Shown: positions 37,204 through 50,889, numbered from the stretch's first letter. The stretch: DNA of 64,000 bases from Okamejei kenojei (GCA_035221665.1 CM069174.1:7564001-7628000); one strand, 5' to 3'. Program-made: numbers and translations. The notes: a model not told the origin generated them from the sequence alone.

Positions 37204-38960
37204 AGGGAGAGAGGGAGGGGGAGGGACAGTGATTTGTCACATATTCACAGAGAGAGGGCAATGTAACCATTCCGAGAGACGGGGCGGGGGGGCGGGGGGG
37301 ATTTTAACCTTCTTCGAGAGAATTCCCTCTTTCACCACCCGTGCCTCATCTCTCGGAGCGGGAGAGAAAAAGAGCGCAAGAGATTATTCCCACGTATTCA
37401 CAAAGCGAGAGAGAGTGGGGGTGGGGGTGGGGGGGGGTTTCAGCGAACAGCGAGATCCATCATTTCCATCGCGCTCCCGAAGAGAAATCGAGAAAATGCA
37501 GCAATGTTGGCGTTTCCCAGAGATAGAGAGGGGAGGTGGGAGGCAGAGAAGCATATAGACAGAGAGAGAGGGGGGGGGGGGGAAGGAACTTGCGACGGAG
37601 AAAAGGGAGAGAAACACCTAATTCAACATCTTCCCAGAGAAAAAGAGAGGAAGAGGGAAGTGGGAGAGAGAAGCAGAGATATATATATAGCGAGGGAGAG
37701 AGATAAAACAAAGATCTTGACGTTCCCAGGGTGAGAGTGGGGGTAGTGAACAATGCAGATATCCAGAGAGCGTGAGAGCATTCTCACAGCCCTGGACGGA
37801 AAGAGGAAAAGGCAACCATTTTTTACACCTTTTCTACACATTTCCCGTACACATCTCCACACATTTTTGCACTGTTTCAGAGAGAGAGGGGGGGAGAGGG
37901 GATGGGTGGGTAGGGGGGATGGGAGAAGCAGATTCACAGAGAACGCATTTCCTCATTCTCCTAGAGAGAGAGAGCGAGAGCNNNNNNNNNNNNNNNNNNN
38001 NNNNNNNNNNNNNNNNNNNNNNNNNNNNNNNNNNNNNNNNNNNNNNNNNNNNNNNNNNNNNNNNNNNNNNNNNNNNNNNNNNNNNNNNNNNNNNNNNNNN
38101 NNNNNNNNNNNNNNNNATTTCACGTACTCTGGGGGAGGAGAGAGTGAGCGACCATTTCACGTACTGCTTGAGAGAGAGGGAGAAAGCATCCATTTCACAC
38201 TCCGAGAGAGAGAGAGAGAGAGAGGGAGACAGAGAACATTTCACACACTCCTGGGAGGGGGGGGGAGGAGAGAGAAAGCAAACATTTTAAACAAGTTCTC
38301 GGAGAGAAAATAGGGTCAGAGAACGATGCAGATACACATTTGGAGAGGCAGAGAGGAGACCGGCCGTTTGTACAGTGCAGGGCAGAGAGAAAGAGAAATC
38401 TCACATTTTAACATGTTCCCTGTAAGGGAGAATGCGTGAGAGGGAGAGACAGGCAAACAGACAGAGAGAGGGGGAGGGAGGGGAATACACAGATTGAGAG
38501 AATGAGAGCGTGGCCATTTCACGTGCTCCTGGAGAGACACACACACACGCGGAAGCCATTTCATGTAAACCTGGAGAGACGGCCACCATTTTGTCATGCC
38601 CAGACTGAAATGAGAGGGGATGAGGACAGATGCAGAATCACAGAGACAATAAAAGAGCAAGTGATAACGTGACTGGGCCATTTCCACAATTTCCCAGAGA
38701 GAGACCAACTTGTGAACACTTGCACAAATTCCGAGACAGGGAGAGAGATAGAAAGGGAAGCAGCGACCATTTTCAACATTTTAGACCTCTTCTCATCCCA
38801 AAGAAAGAAAACATTTCCCCTTCCCCTCCCTCCCCCCCCCCCACCCCCCCGCTGAGAGGGATACAGCTACTTTTCCCACCTTCCCTTCTCCCAAAGAAGG
38901 GAGAGGGAGAGGACTTAGCAGGGTAGAAAGCCAGACATGGGGAAAGGACATCTCGCATTC
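36350..38960. repeat. Degenerate (GA)n-rich minisatellite-like domain
   Basis: Recurrent CATTT(T)CAC...CC(C/T)RGAGAGAG motif separated by purine runs. Confidence 0.75.
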
Positions 38961-39644
38961 TCCCGCTCGGGGATGTGAGAGAAAATACTTCAGGGGCGGC
39001 AGCACGGAGCCGCACAGCACCAGGGACCATCCTGACCTCGGGTGCTGTCCGTGTGGAGTTTGCACGTTCCCTCTATGACCACGAGATGCAGCCTTGTGGG
39101 AGTTTTGGTCAGGCCGCATTTGGAGTATAGCGTGCGGTTCCGGTCGCCCCCATTACAGGGTGTGGAGGCTCTGGAGAGGGTGCAGAGGAGGGTTTACCAG
39201 AACGATGCCTGGATCAGAGGGTTTCGGCTACAGGGAGAGGTGGGATAGGCACATGGAAATGCAGATATGGATCACGTGCAGGCAGAGGAGATCAGTTCAG
39301 CTTGGCATTATGTTCGGCACAAACATTGTGGGCCGAAGGGGGCCTGTTCTTGTGCTGCTCTGATCTACATTCTATGAATACCTGGGTTTCCCCCTTTTAC
39401 TCCCCCAGGGTTTTCCCGTTTCCTCCCACATCCCAAAGACATGTGGGACGGGATGTTAATTGCCCTCCGTAAATTGCCCCCCCCGGTGTGCGCGAGTGAG
39501 GGGTAGAACCTGATGGAAATGCGGGGAGAATCAAAATGAATATATTGGGTGGTTGGAGGTCAGCATGGGCTGGGTGGGCCGAAGGCTGCACAGCTCCGTG
39601 ACTTGGTGATCGATTGCTGATGCTTGCTCCTTCCTGCCTTTCAG

Positions 39645-39695
39645 GGAACTCATCGCATTCATTGACTTCACGTGGCACCATTGGTTCGAGTCCAG
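39645..39695 (+). other. Candidate 51-nt internal exon of an unknown transcript
   Basis: Branch-like ctgat plus pyrimidine tract, ttcctgcctttCAG|G ... CAG|GTAAGT. Confidence 0.45.
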
Positions 39696-40171
39696 GTAAG
39701 TGCTTATCTCCGTCTGCTGCTGTGATTTGGCAGCGGAGGTGAAACTCCGGGTTGGCAAGCAGTGATTTTCGCTGTGTAATCAGTTGGAGTCTGCCTCTCC
39801 CGCTCTCTCCCCTGCCGCGAGGGAGAATGACGTTAACGTTTTGCGCTGACTCCCCTTTGGCAACTGTTCAGCTGTTTTGGCAACTGGATTCTCACCTGCA
39901 CAAGTGCCATTTTCCTTACAGGATTGGGAGTGAGGAAGAACGGCAGATCGGGAACGGCGCGGACGGGACAGAGGGACGCGGCAGGCAAGGCATCGGCGGC
40001 ATCTCGCCACTCTTTCTCTGCATTTTTTCCTCGTGTAGTTTCAGGTCGTCTCAACTCTACAGCGCTAAGCAACGCAAGACGGATCCAGAATCTGTGCAGA
40101 CTGGAATGATCATCAATGGTAGTTTTCAGACAGTTGATGTGGTTCATTGCCGTGCCTCTCAGTGTATCTTA

Positions 40172-40451
40172 TGCCCCTGTCCCACTTAGGAAACCTGAAC
40201 GGAAACCTCTGGGGACTTTGCGCCCCACCCAAGGTTTCCGTGCGGTTCCCGGAGGTTTTTGTCCTCCGGCAACCACCTTCAACTAGCATCGCGACCGGCT
40301 TCGACTAAAAAATTACCGATTTTTAAAACGGAAACCACTTTCGACCATTAGGGAGACTGACAAAAACCACCGGGAGCCGCACGGAAACCTTGGGTGGGGG
40401 CGCAAAGTCTCCAGAGGTGTCCGTTCAGGTTTCCTAAGTGGGACAGGGGCA
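40172..40451. mobile_element. PIF/Harbinger-type palindromic MITE
   Basis: tgcccctgtcccacttaggaaacctgaacgg... with long inverted arms; TTA TSD. Confidence 0.9.
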
Positions 40452-41585
40452 TTAAGGTCCTGTAACCAAGGTGTGTGCGACCACAAACAATGTGGCAGAA
40501 GTGAATCCAAAGACAGACGGAGAACATGGGGTAAGTCTTTCACACTCCTTGCTGGAAGTCATGGATTATTTCCTTCAGTGCCTGTCACGGCTTGGCTATT
40601 GTCTGTCTATAGCTGAAGACGGGTCTCGACCCGAAATATCGCCCATTCCTTCTCTCCAGAGATGCTGCTGTCTGTCCCGCTGAGCTACCCCAGCACTTCA
40701 GCGTAAACCAACATCTGCAGTTCCTTCCTACACTATTGTCTATAGTGTTTGCTCAGTCCACTGTAGCCAACTATTTCTTTGTAATTCCACGTATCCTAAT
40801 TTAATGTGCAGATGTATGGTGGGGTGCAAGTCCATAATTCTCTGCAAGTGGCAACACAAGTACATGTAGTGGCAAAGAAGGCGGATGGTACGCTTGCCAC
40901 CGTAGGTTGGCGCATTGAATATAAGAGTCCGCAAGTCATGATATAACTCTCTCGGACTGTGGTCAAGCCACATTTGGAGTATTGTGTGCAGTTCTGGTTG
41001 CCCCCATTACAGGATGTCAAGTCAAGTCACATTTATTTCTATAGCGCATTTAAAAAACAACTCTCGTTGACCAAAGTGCGTTACATTTGTTATAAGAGTA
41101 GTATACACAAGCAGGCTACATACATAAATACAAATAGCCCTCGCTCAGAGGACGTCAGGAAAGGCTTGGGAGAACAGATACGTTTTTAGACTAGACTTAA
41201 AGGAGTCGATGGAGGGGGCAGTTCTGATGGGGAGTGGGGGAGATGCCAAGCCTACCATGTTCTTTGGCACAGATTGAGGGCATTGTTTATTCAGGCCGAG
41301 GTCAGGCTCTGCGGCATTTTGGACTTGTGCCGTAGAAGGAGTTGCAGTAATCCTCTTTTCGAGGTCATCAAACTGGAGGGAATTGTTTTATTTTAGCTAT
41401 CATCCGTGGAAGAAGCTCTATCTTGTTTGTGGAGGCTCTGGAAGGGTGCCCAGAATGTCAGAGGGTTTTAGCCACGTTGGTCATCTGCCCAGAGGTGGCG
41501 GGGGAGACCTGGCTGCATAGATAGGGTAGACAGTCAAACGGATGATACGGGGCTTTTAAGGTGCGAGGCCGCAGGTTTTTTTGCG

Positions 41586-41989
41586 AGGGCCCTGGGTCCC
41601 ACTTAGAAGCGCGGAGGAAGATATGGCGGGCAAGTAGATTCGAGATGGTTTGTCATATTTGCACAGGGGCTGGTCCCGACATCGCGCGGGGCTCTGAAAA
41701 TCCTGCACTGTCTGAAATGTTCGCGCGCCAACGGCCTGTCGGCCCGCAGGCGCATTGCGGGCGTACGCAGCGTCTTGACGGCGTACGCCTAGCGCGTGGG
41801 GTTGCGTGATGGTGTCACCGCCCGGCGTGGTGTTGCGTGACGCCGTGCGTCGGCCCGCCTTCTGCCCAGCTGATTGGTAAGCATGACGCAAATGACGTCA
41901 CGCGCGAACTTATCGCGAACTTAGCGCGAACTCCGCTTCCGTCGGGTCGCGCCAAACGCACGCAATCGCATGCAAGTGGGACAGGCCCT
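41586..41989. mobile_element. PIF/Harbinger-type MITE, left end degenerate
   Basis: Right TIR aagtgggacaggccct|tta; CpG-rich interior. Confidence 0.65.
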
Positions 41990-42439
41990 TTAATACTTCC
42001 AAATCTGTGAACTCCAGCACATACAAAGTCTGGAGCTGCAGACGTGTGTAAATGGCACCACCTGCAGGTTACTCTACAAGCTACACTCCAGATTAACCTG
42101 CATCGTTCCACCATCGCTGCTTTATCAAGGTGTTGGGGCTGCCCAGTCCATGCGCTGTTCTTAAACTCCAGAAGTTGCTGAGAGGCTTTGGTAAATCTCC
42201 AGTAGGTTTAAACAGAAATGTAGTTTAACCATTAATATTTAACCGAGAATTTCAAACTAATAAAGGACGCGCAAGTTCCTTAACGGTTTACAGTTTAGTT
42301 TAGTTTCATGTAACGAGGTACCGTGTAAAGCTTTTTTGTTGCGTGCTATCCAGTTAGTGGAAAGACAATACATGATTGCAATCAAGTCTTCTAGAGTGTA
42401 CAGATACAGGATCAAGGGAATAACATTTAGTACATGATA

Positions 42440-43450
42440 GATTTAACATTCAAGATTCAAGAGAGTTTATCGTCATGTGTCCCAGATAGGACGATGAAAT
42501 TCTTGCTTTGCTGGAGCACAACAGAATATTGCAGGCATGAATACAGAACAGATCAGTGTGTCCATATACCATTGAATATATATATACATATACATATATA
42601 AGGAGATAAAGTGCAATGGGCTATTAAAGTTCAGATTTTGTTTGAGTTGAGTTTAATAGCCTGATGGCTGTGGGGAAGAAGCTTTTCCTGAATCTGGATG
42701 TACCAGATTTCAGGCTCCTGTACCTTCTACCTGAAGGCAGCGGGGAGATGAGTGAGTGGCCAGGGTGGTGTGAGTGTGTGAGGCAGCGACTGCGATAGAT
42801 CCCCTCGATGGTGGGGAGGTCAGAGCCGATGATGGACTGGGCAGTGGTTACAACTTTTTGTAGTCTTTTACGCTCCTGGGCGCTCAAGTTGCTGAAATGA
42901 GCCACGATGCAACCGGTCAGCATGCCCGCTACTGTGCACCTGTGGAAGTTGGACAGAGTCCTCCATGACAGTCCGAGTCTCCATAATCTTCTCAGGAAGT
43001 AGAGGCGCTGATGAGCTTTCTTTATAATTGCATCAGTGTTCTGGGACCAGGAGAGATCTTCAGGAATTTGCAAGTCCAGTAAAGTCCGATTAAAGATAGT
43101 CCGAGGGTCTCCAATGAGGTAGATAGTAGTTCAGCGCTGCTCTCTGGTTGTGGTGGGATGGTTCAGTTCCCTGATAACAGCCGGGAAGAAACTGTCCCCG
43201 AATCTGGAGGTGTGCGTTTTCACACTTCTGTACCTCTTGCCCGATGGGAGAGGGGGGAAGAGGGAGTGGCCGGGGGTGGAGACTGGTCCTTGATGATGCT
43301 GCCTGACCTGCTGTGAGGTGTAGATGGAGTGTAGCTGGAGAAGCGCCGATGGAGTGGATGGAAGGAAGGGAGGTTGGTTTGCGTGATGGGCTGGGCTGCG
43401 TCCGCAATTCGCTGCAATTTCTTGTGGTCTTGGATGGAGCTGTTCGCAAC
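42440..43450 (-). mobile_element. Rex1/Babar LINE 3' fragments (two adjacent pieces)
   Basis: ORF 42624-43073 KKAHQRLYFLRRL...LTGCI...LPSGRRYRSL...SFFPTAIRLLN; second piece 43090-43450. Confidence 0.8.
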
Positions 43451-45089
43451 AATGTGCTTGTAAATGCTCACCTGGAAACTGGATTTCATCCTTTTATTTT
43501 GATATGCAACCGCGTTGCCTTCAGCACCAAACCCTTGCAAAAAAAACATGACATTAGCCAAAATTATATTAAAATCTCAGTGGTATTCCTTGCGCTAAAA
43601 CGTACATTGCCTGGTTCCAGCCTGTGCCTCGTTTTGTACTGCTTCATTATATGATGTATTTTGCTCCACATTTTGCTGGAAAAAGCAACAGCCCCCCGGA
43701 CCACCATTGGGAGAGTCCGGCTGGAGGTGGCCCCCCCACTGTGGGAATCCCCCACTCATTTGAGTCACCCAGAAACAACCTTCATGCCCTAACCAGATAC
43801 GCCTGCTGTTCAACACTGCGTCTGTAACTGTGATCAATGCAAAGGGGGATGTGAGGGTTGATTACGTGTCGGCTGGGCTCTCCAAGCTGATCGCTGGTGA
43901 ACCTGCGCTGGTGTTATGGCGAGAGTCACTGTCACAAGGTAGAAAGGCCTCTCCCTATCNNNNNNNNNNNNNNNNNNNNNNNNNNNNNNNNNNNNNNNNN
44001 NNNNNNNNNNNNNNNNNNNNNNNNNNNNNNNNNNNNNNNNNNNNNNNNNNNNNNNNNNNNNNNNNNNNNNNNNNNNNNNNNNNNNNNNNNNNNNNNNNNN
44101 NNNNNNNNNNNNNNNNNNNNNNNNNNNNNNNNNNNNNNNNNNCTGTTGCCCCTTCTGCTCTTCTTCAGCCTCTGCCTCCTCAATCTTCAGTCCGCACGCA
44201 ATTCCTCTTCTGGCACCAGCCTCGCTTGCCTATTTTTTGCGGCAGAGAGCACCCAAAGACGTGTCCGTGGCGCGCGCTGGGCGTATAACGTCGGGCACGC
44301 CTGGACAGTGAATGGTTCGGGTGCCTCCGATTGCCAGGAAAGTACTTTACTGATGACTGCACCATGTTCAGTTCCATTCACATCTTCGCAGCAAATGTAG
44401 CAGCCCCTGCCTGCATGCAGCGAGACCCAGGCACCATTGGTAATTGGCATTGAGAAAATCGGGGCAGGAGAATGGGGTTGTGAGGGAGAGATAGATCAGC
44501 CATGATTGAGTGGTGGAGTAGTCTCGACGGGCCGAACGGCCTAATTCTGCTCCTGGAACTAATGGATGTATGAAGAAAGACCTGTTCACATGTGTTAACC
44601 AGTTTTCAATCAATGCTAACACACTTCCCCCAGTACCATAAGGTCCAGAGTTGTGCAGTATGGTTGCAGCTTATCAAGTGCCTTTCGGACACTGAAGATA
44701 GCCACAAAAAGCTGAAGTAACTCAGCAAGTCAGACAGAAAGTCAGATAGTATCTCTGGAATAAAGGATTAGGTGACTTTTCAGTGTCAGGTATGAAGAAG
44801 GGTCTCGACCCGAAACGTCACCTCTGCTTTCTCCAGAGATGCTGCCTGTCCCGCTGAGTTACTCCGGCATTTTGTGGCTATCTTCGGTTTAAACCAGCAT
44901 CTGCAGTTCCTTCCTCCACATTACACCTTGTGGATACCCACGCACAATATATCATCCAGCTCCCCACTATCATTTCCGCCTGTTACATCTAAGTGTACAA
45001 GCAAATTTGTCAAACTCGATTTACCTCACAAGAAAACCCATAACAATTATCCATTTCTGCATTGATTTTTGACCCCAGCGTCTTGCCAA

Positions 45090-45465
45090 CAAGTAAGTTT
45101 CAGTAAGTAAGTACGTTTATTGGCCAAGTATTCACATACAAGGAATTTGCCTTGGTGCTCCGCCCACAAGTAACAACATGACACACAGTGACAGTTACCA
45201 ATGACTCGGAAAACACTAAACATTAATAATAATAAAACATTAATGATAATTAAATAATTCATGTGAACCAACAAAATACCAGATCAAAGGGAGGCGACAG
45301 ATTTGTGGCTGTTGAGTAGAGCAACTACTCGTGGATAAAAAGCTGTTTTTTTATGTCTGGCTGTGGCAGCTTTGACGGTCCGGAGTCGCCTTCCAGAGGG
45401 AATCAAAGAGTTTGTGGCCAGGGTGAGAGGGGCCAGAGATGATCTTGCCCGCCCGCTTCCTGGCG
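45090..45465 (-). mobile_element. Rex1/Babar-type 3' end (related + copy at 58385-58641)
   Basis: PSGRRLRTVKAATARHK C-terminus and (TTAC)n tail. Confidence 0.7.
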
Positions 45466-46235
45466 AGGTTAAATGAACTGGATTCCAGATTCCCGCCTTT
45501 TGTCTTCCCCTCCTTTTGAACGAGGGAGTCACATTTGCTGCTTTCCAAACCATTGATGCCCTCCTGGAGTTTAAGAACTTAAAGCAAAGCTCCACTATCT
45601 TTGCGGCTACTTCTACTGAGCCCCTTTTGTGTAGGCCGTGAGTTCTGGTGGCCTGTCTGTCTTCGCTTCTCTGTCTTGTATGTTGAGTGCCTTGGCAAAT
45701 AGAAATGGTGTCACAACACAGCCGGCAACAATGATCTCCGACAAGAGAGTCCAACTCTTGATAAGTCAATGGTATCACCCACCCTTCAACTCTACTGCTG
45801 CACCACAATGCCACCCACCACAAAGGGCGAGGGCAGCAGGTGCCTAAGGAACGCCACCACCTGCAGGTTCCCCTCCTGGTAAGTATATTACCGTTCCTTC
45901 ATCACCACTGGGTCTCGATCCCAGCCGCACTGTCAGTGAACCTTCACCAGAAGGGCTATAAGTTCCAATGGTTCGTCATCTTCGTTAAGGCAATTAGGGC
46001 TGGGCAAATAAATAATGGCCTCGCCAGGGATGCCAATGCAGGAATCTAATGCACTTTTCTAAGAGATTAGGTATACAAATATGCTAAACAGTACAATTTC
46101 TGGACAATCGTTTCTTAAACAGGGTTTTACTTTGGAAATTTGGTCGGAAGGGAATTCATAGCAGAGCGAGAAGAAAGTTCTGCCACTCAGCTCCGATCCT
46201 TGCGCTCAAGTAGGAACTGCAGATGCTGGAGAATC

Positions 46236-46457
46236 GAAGGTAGACAAAAATGCTGGAGAACCTCAGCGGGTGCGGCAGCATCTATGGAGCGAAGGAAATG
46301 GGCGACGTTTCGGGGCCGAAACCTTTCTTCAGACTGAAGTCTGATCTGAACAATGATCAGTCTGAAGAAGGGTTTCGGCCCGAAACGTTGCCTATTTCCT
46401 TCGCTCCATAGATGCTGCCGCACCCGCTGAGGTTCTCCAGCATTTTTGTCTACCTTC
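46236..46457. mobile_element. Palindromic pair of Penelope-derived short elements
   Basis: ~100-bp arms that are near-perfect reverse complements around a 19-nt spacer. Confidence 0.9.
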
Positions 46458-47089
46458 CAATGCTTGTGCTGATTAGTGTATGCTTGAGATCATGGTTTAG
46501 TTTAGAGATACAACGTGGAAACAGGCCCTTCGACCCACCGCGTCTGTGCCGCCCAGCGATCCTCCCGTACACTAGCACTATCCTACACACACCACGGACA
46601 ATTTACACCAAGCCAATTAGCCTACAAACCTACACGTCTTTGTGGAGTGCGGGAGGAAACTGAAGCACCCGGAGAAAACCCACGCGGTCACAGGGAAAAT
46701 GTGCAAACTCCATACAGACAGCGCCCATGGTCCGGTTGGAACCCGGCTCTCTGAGCTGTGAGGCAGCAGCTCTACCCGCTGCATTATCATAGATCGTTAG
46801 ATTTTTGTCCATTGTTTTGGTGCTCAGTGCAAGTTAGCTGGACGGCACAAAATGTGGGAGTTTGTGGGCAAGGAGGTTGTTGCAACCAAATCCAGTTACA
46901 ATGGATGCCTCCCTCTTGATTCTCTCTGGCTGGGGTATGTTGGGGACAATGGATCACAAAGGAGAAGCGGGAACAGTTGGACAGTTTGCTCCGCATTTTG
47001 ATCACAAGTTATAGTGCAGGGCGAGAAAAGGATTGGTAACTTAACTAAAAGTACAAAGAATAATGGCAACGCAAATGAGATGGAAAATG

Positions 47090-47680
47090 AGTATAGAAGA
47101 GTATAAAAGTTGGGAGGTCGTGCTGCAGTTATATAGTAGATGTTGGTGAGGCCGCATGTAGAATATTGTGTTCGGTTCTGGGCACCATATCACAGGAAAG
47201 ATGTCAATTGGAAAGGATGCAGAGAACATTAACAAGGATGCTGCCAGGACTAGAGGGTGTGAGCTACAGGGAGAGGTTGAGCAGGCTGGGTCTCTATTCC
47301 TTGGAGCGCAGGAGGATGAGGGGGGATCTTATAGAGGTGTACAAAATCATGAGAGGAATAGATCGGGTAGACGCACAGAGTCTCTTGCCCAGAGTAGGGG
47401 AATCGAGGACCAGAGGACATGGGTTCAAGGTGAAGGGGAAAAGATTTAATAGGAATCTGAGGGGTAACTTTACCACACAAAGGGTGGTGGGTGTATGGAA
47501 CGAGCTGCCAGAGGAGCTAGTTGAGGCTGGGACTATCGCGACATTTAAGAAACATTTAGACAGGTACATGGATAGGACAGGTTTGGAGGGATATGGGCCA
47601 AAAGCAGGCAGGTGGGACTAGTGTTGATGGGACATGTTGGCCAGTGTGGGCAAGTTGTGTTTCCATGCTCTATCACTCCA
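47090..47680 (+). mobile_element. CR1 LINE 3' fragment
   Basis: ORF 47166-47621 LERMQR..TRMLPGL..RGDLIEVYK..RVVGVWNELP. Confidence 0.9.
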
Positions 47681-48664
47681 GGAGGATACACAGATTATGT
47701 CCAGCACTCACATACACTCAATATCGAAGAGGATAATAATAAAAACCAGACGCCATGTGGCACCATGAAGTGTAAGGCCGTCTCGTGAAGGCAGGGGGAG
47801 TTATGACGGTGTCCATAATTAGAGGGACAAACAGCATCCTTTGTAAGGGGATATTGATGCCCAGGTAAACGGCATCTCAAACCAGTTGGAAGAAGATAGG
47901 AGAGGGAAGAGGCTGGATCCAGTCATCTGGACCATCCGTGTAGGAAACATCCTGTTTGGAGAGCCAGGAGCTAGATTAAAGAATTAAACTTCAAAAGATT
48001 AAATGCCCTGGATTATTACCTGTATCAGATTCTGAAGAAGGAGATAGACTGGTGTAACTCAGCGGGACAGGCAGCATCTCTAGAGAGACGGAATGGGTGA
48101 TGTTTCGGGTCGAGACCCTTCTTCAGACTGAGATTCGAGGGAGAGGGAAACTAGAGATATGAATGGGGTACGGTGTGAAAACGACAGATCAAAGCAGATG
48201 ACAATCAAGGAAATGAGAATGGATTATTGTTAGCTGAGGGGAAGGTGACACCAAGGCATACATTCATTAATATTAAGAATTGCATGTCTTAAGTAAAATA
48301 GAAGAGAAATGTCCCATTTAATAGGACACTAGCATTGTTGGGAATTGTCGTGTGGGGCAGGCTCCACCTGAACTGGATTAGCGCCAGGGTCCTGATCGAA
48401 TGGATAAAAATGCTTAAAATGATTTGACCGAATGGATAAAAAATGCTTTGATGGTTTTTTAATGTCAGGTATGCACTGCATGTAGAGATTCTTTATGCAT
48501 AACACACAGTCGCCATATAGTAACGCCATTTACAAAAACAAAAATGTCCACATACTGAGTTTGGTTTATATTCACGTGTACCGAGGTACAGTGAAAAGCT
48601 TTTGTTGCGTGCCAAACCAGCCACCAAGACAATACACGATTACAATCGAGCCATCCAGTGTACA

Positions 48665-48803
48665 GGAGTGGAAGACTGCAACCTTCACGTGGCCCGCCCT
48701 GTTTCGACTAATGCAATCAACTCGACGCGCACAAACAGAAGATCAAATAGAACAAGTCGTCCGACAACTTTAGGCTGTGCCCGCCACACGACAGAAGAAG
48801 AAG
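48665..48803 (+). mobile_element. Short non-autonomous Ingi/Vingi-type element with 5' HDV-like ribozyme (copy 1)
   Basis: HDV-like fold 48665-48717; (GAA)n tail; 12-bp TSD atccagtgtaca at 48653-48664 and 48804-48815. Confidence 0.8.
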
Positions 48804-49767
48804 ATCCAGTGTACAGATACATTGACAAAAGGGAATAATGTGAATAGCGTTTAGTGCAAGATAAAATCCGGTCAAAGATCATCCGGGGGTCACCGATGAG
48901 GTAGATAGTAGTTCAGGACCACTCTGGTTGTGGTAGGATGGTTCAGTTGCCTGATAACAGCCGGGAAGAAATTGTCCCTGAATCTGGAGGCGTGTGCGTT
49001 TTCACACTTCTGTACCTCTTGGCCGATGGGAGAGGGGAGAGGAGGGAATGGCCGGGTTGCAACACTCGATGTTAAACGCAGATGAATATGAAGAGGAGAG
49101 TACACGTCAGAATTTGTGCTGTGGCTGTGACCATGGCAGGTTAAGAACTAAATTAAACCAGGTGAGGTATATGGGCCCAGATTTTACATGGAGAGGTCAG
49201 CATTTACCTTTGCAACTTACAGTAGTTTATAGATGCAGCATGGAAACTGGCCCTTTGGCCCATCGGGCCCATGCTGACCATCGATCACGTGAATCCTATG
49301 TTATCCCAATTTCACACCCACTCCCGACACACTTGCGGCAGTTTAGAGAGGCTAATTAACCTAAAAACCCGCAGCGTGGGAGGAAACCGGAGCACCCGAA
49401 GGAAACCAACGTGGTCATGGGGGAACGTGCAAACTCCACGCGGACAGCACCCGAGGTCAGGATCGAACCCGGGCCTCTGGCGCTGCTACGGCTCTACCAG
49501 CTGCGCCACCGTGCCTGGTTCAAAACAGGTAAGTGCTGCTTAATGTTTCTCCTCTGAGTTTATTTCAATGTTTTGAGGTTCTTCCTGCTTTTTTCCAAAA
49601 CAAAATTAATAGCTTTTAACACATTAAATAGATTTTGAATACAGAATTATTTTAGCGAGGTCAAAATGTTGAGCGGTCCAGAAATACCTCGGTGCCTGGA
49701 AAGTCACATTAACGTGATGGGGCTGAGGTTCAAGGAATGTTTGTGATGGTGGTGCAGAGGTAATGGA

Positions 49768-49906
49768 GGGGTGGAAGATTGCAACCTTCACGTGGTCCGC
49801 GCTGTTTCGACTAATGCAATCAACTCGACGCGCACAAACAGAAGATCAAATAGGACAAGTTGTCCGACAACATTAGGCTGTGCACGCTACACGACAGAAG
49901 AAGAAG
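49768..49906 (+). mobile_element. Short non-autonomous Ingi/Vingi-type element with 5' HDV-like ribozyme (copy 2)
   Basis: HDV-like fold 49768-49820; same body and tail; TSD only approximate. Confidence 0.8.
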
Positions 49907-50889
49907 CAATTATGGAGTAGTAGCCTTTCACTGTGAATGCAGTGAGAGCCCTTTCCTTGCCGTTCTGGAGCTGACAAGTTGGTCTCAGTCTATTGGAGCC
50001 AGCATTGAGGAACTTAAAGAAGTCAGAGAAGATGCGTCGTCTGTTCGTGTACGCTGAGGTCCGGGCATGCGTGGGTGGCGGCTGCAAAGACAACTTCAGC
50101 CTGTTTAAGAAGGAACTGCAGATGCTAGAAAATCGAAGTTAGACAAAAGTGCTGGAGAAACTCAGCGGGTGCAGCAGCATCTATGGAGCGAAGGAAATAG
50201 GCAACGTTTCGGGCTGAAACCCTTTCGGGTTTCGGCCCGAAACGTTGCCTATTTCCTTTTGGGTTTCGGCCCGAAACGTTGCCTATTTCCTTTGCTCCAC
50301 AGATGCTGCCGCACCCAGTGAGTTTCTCCAGCGCTTTTGTCTGCCTTCAAACCCAGGCTTGTGATCTGGTGAGGAGATCGCCCTTGGCTGATGATGAAGT
50401 GGGGCCTCGAACGCTGCAAGGACCCGCTCTGCATGCACGGGTGGACCAAAATGATGCACGTGGCAGCCACACACGGGTCGCATGCGCAGCGACACATTCT
50501 GCACGTGCAGGCTTTACCTTTTGGGACATACGGCAAACACAGTGGGAATCCCTCCGACTTCTCAATCCATGCCCACCGCTCTCTCCAGCGAGAACTTGTT
50601 TGCAGACATTGATCACAAAAATACTATGTTACATGACACCATTTCTGGGGCAAATTGTTTTGACAGCCGACCAAACTAAGGGGAAGAGCTGAGTGTCTGT
50701 CAATGTTCTACGAGGCTATTGTTGCGGGTTAGAAACATAAAATAGGTTCAGGAGTAGTCCCTTTGAGCCAGCACCGCCATTCAATATGGTCATGGCTGAT
50801 CATCCACAATCAGTACCCTGTTCCTGCTTTTTCCCCATATCCCTTGATTCCGTTAGCCCCAAGAGCCATATCTAAACAGGAAAGCAGAC

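Noticed and set aside
35599-38313. Long ORFs spanning X runs
   Set aside because: Artefacts of N gaps and GA repeats.
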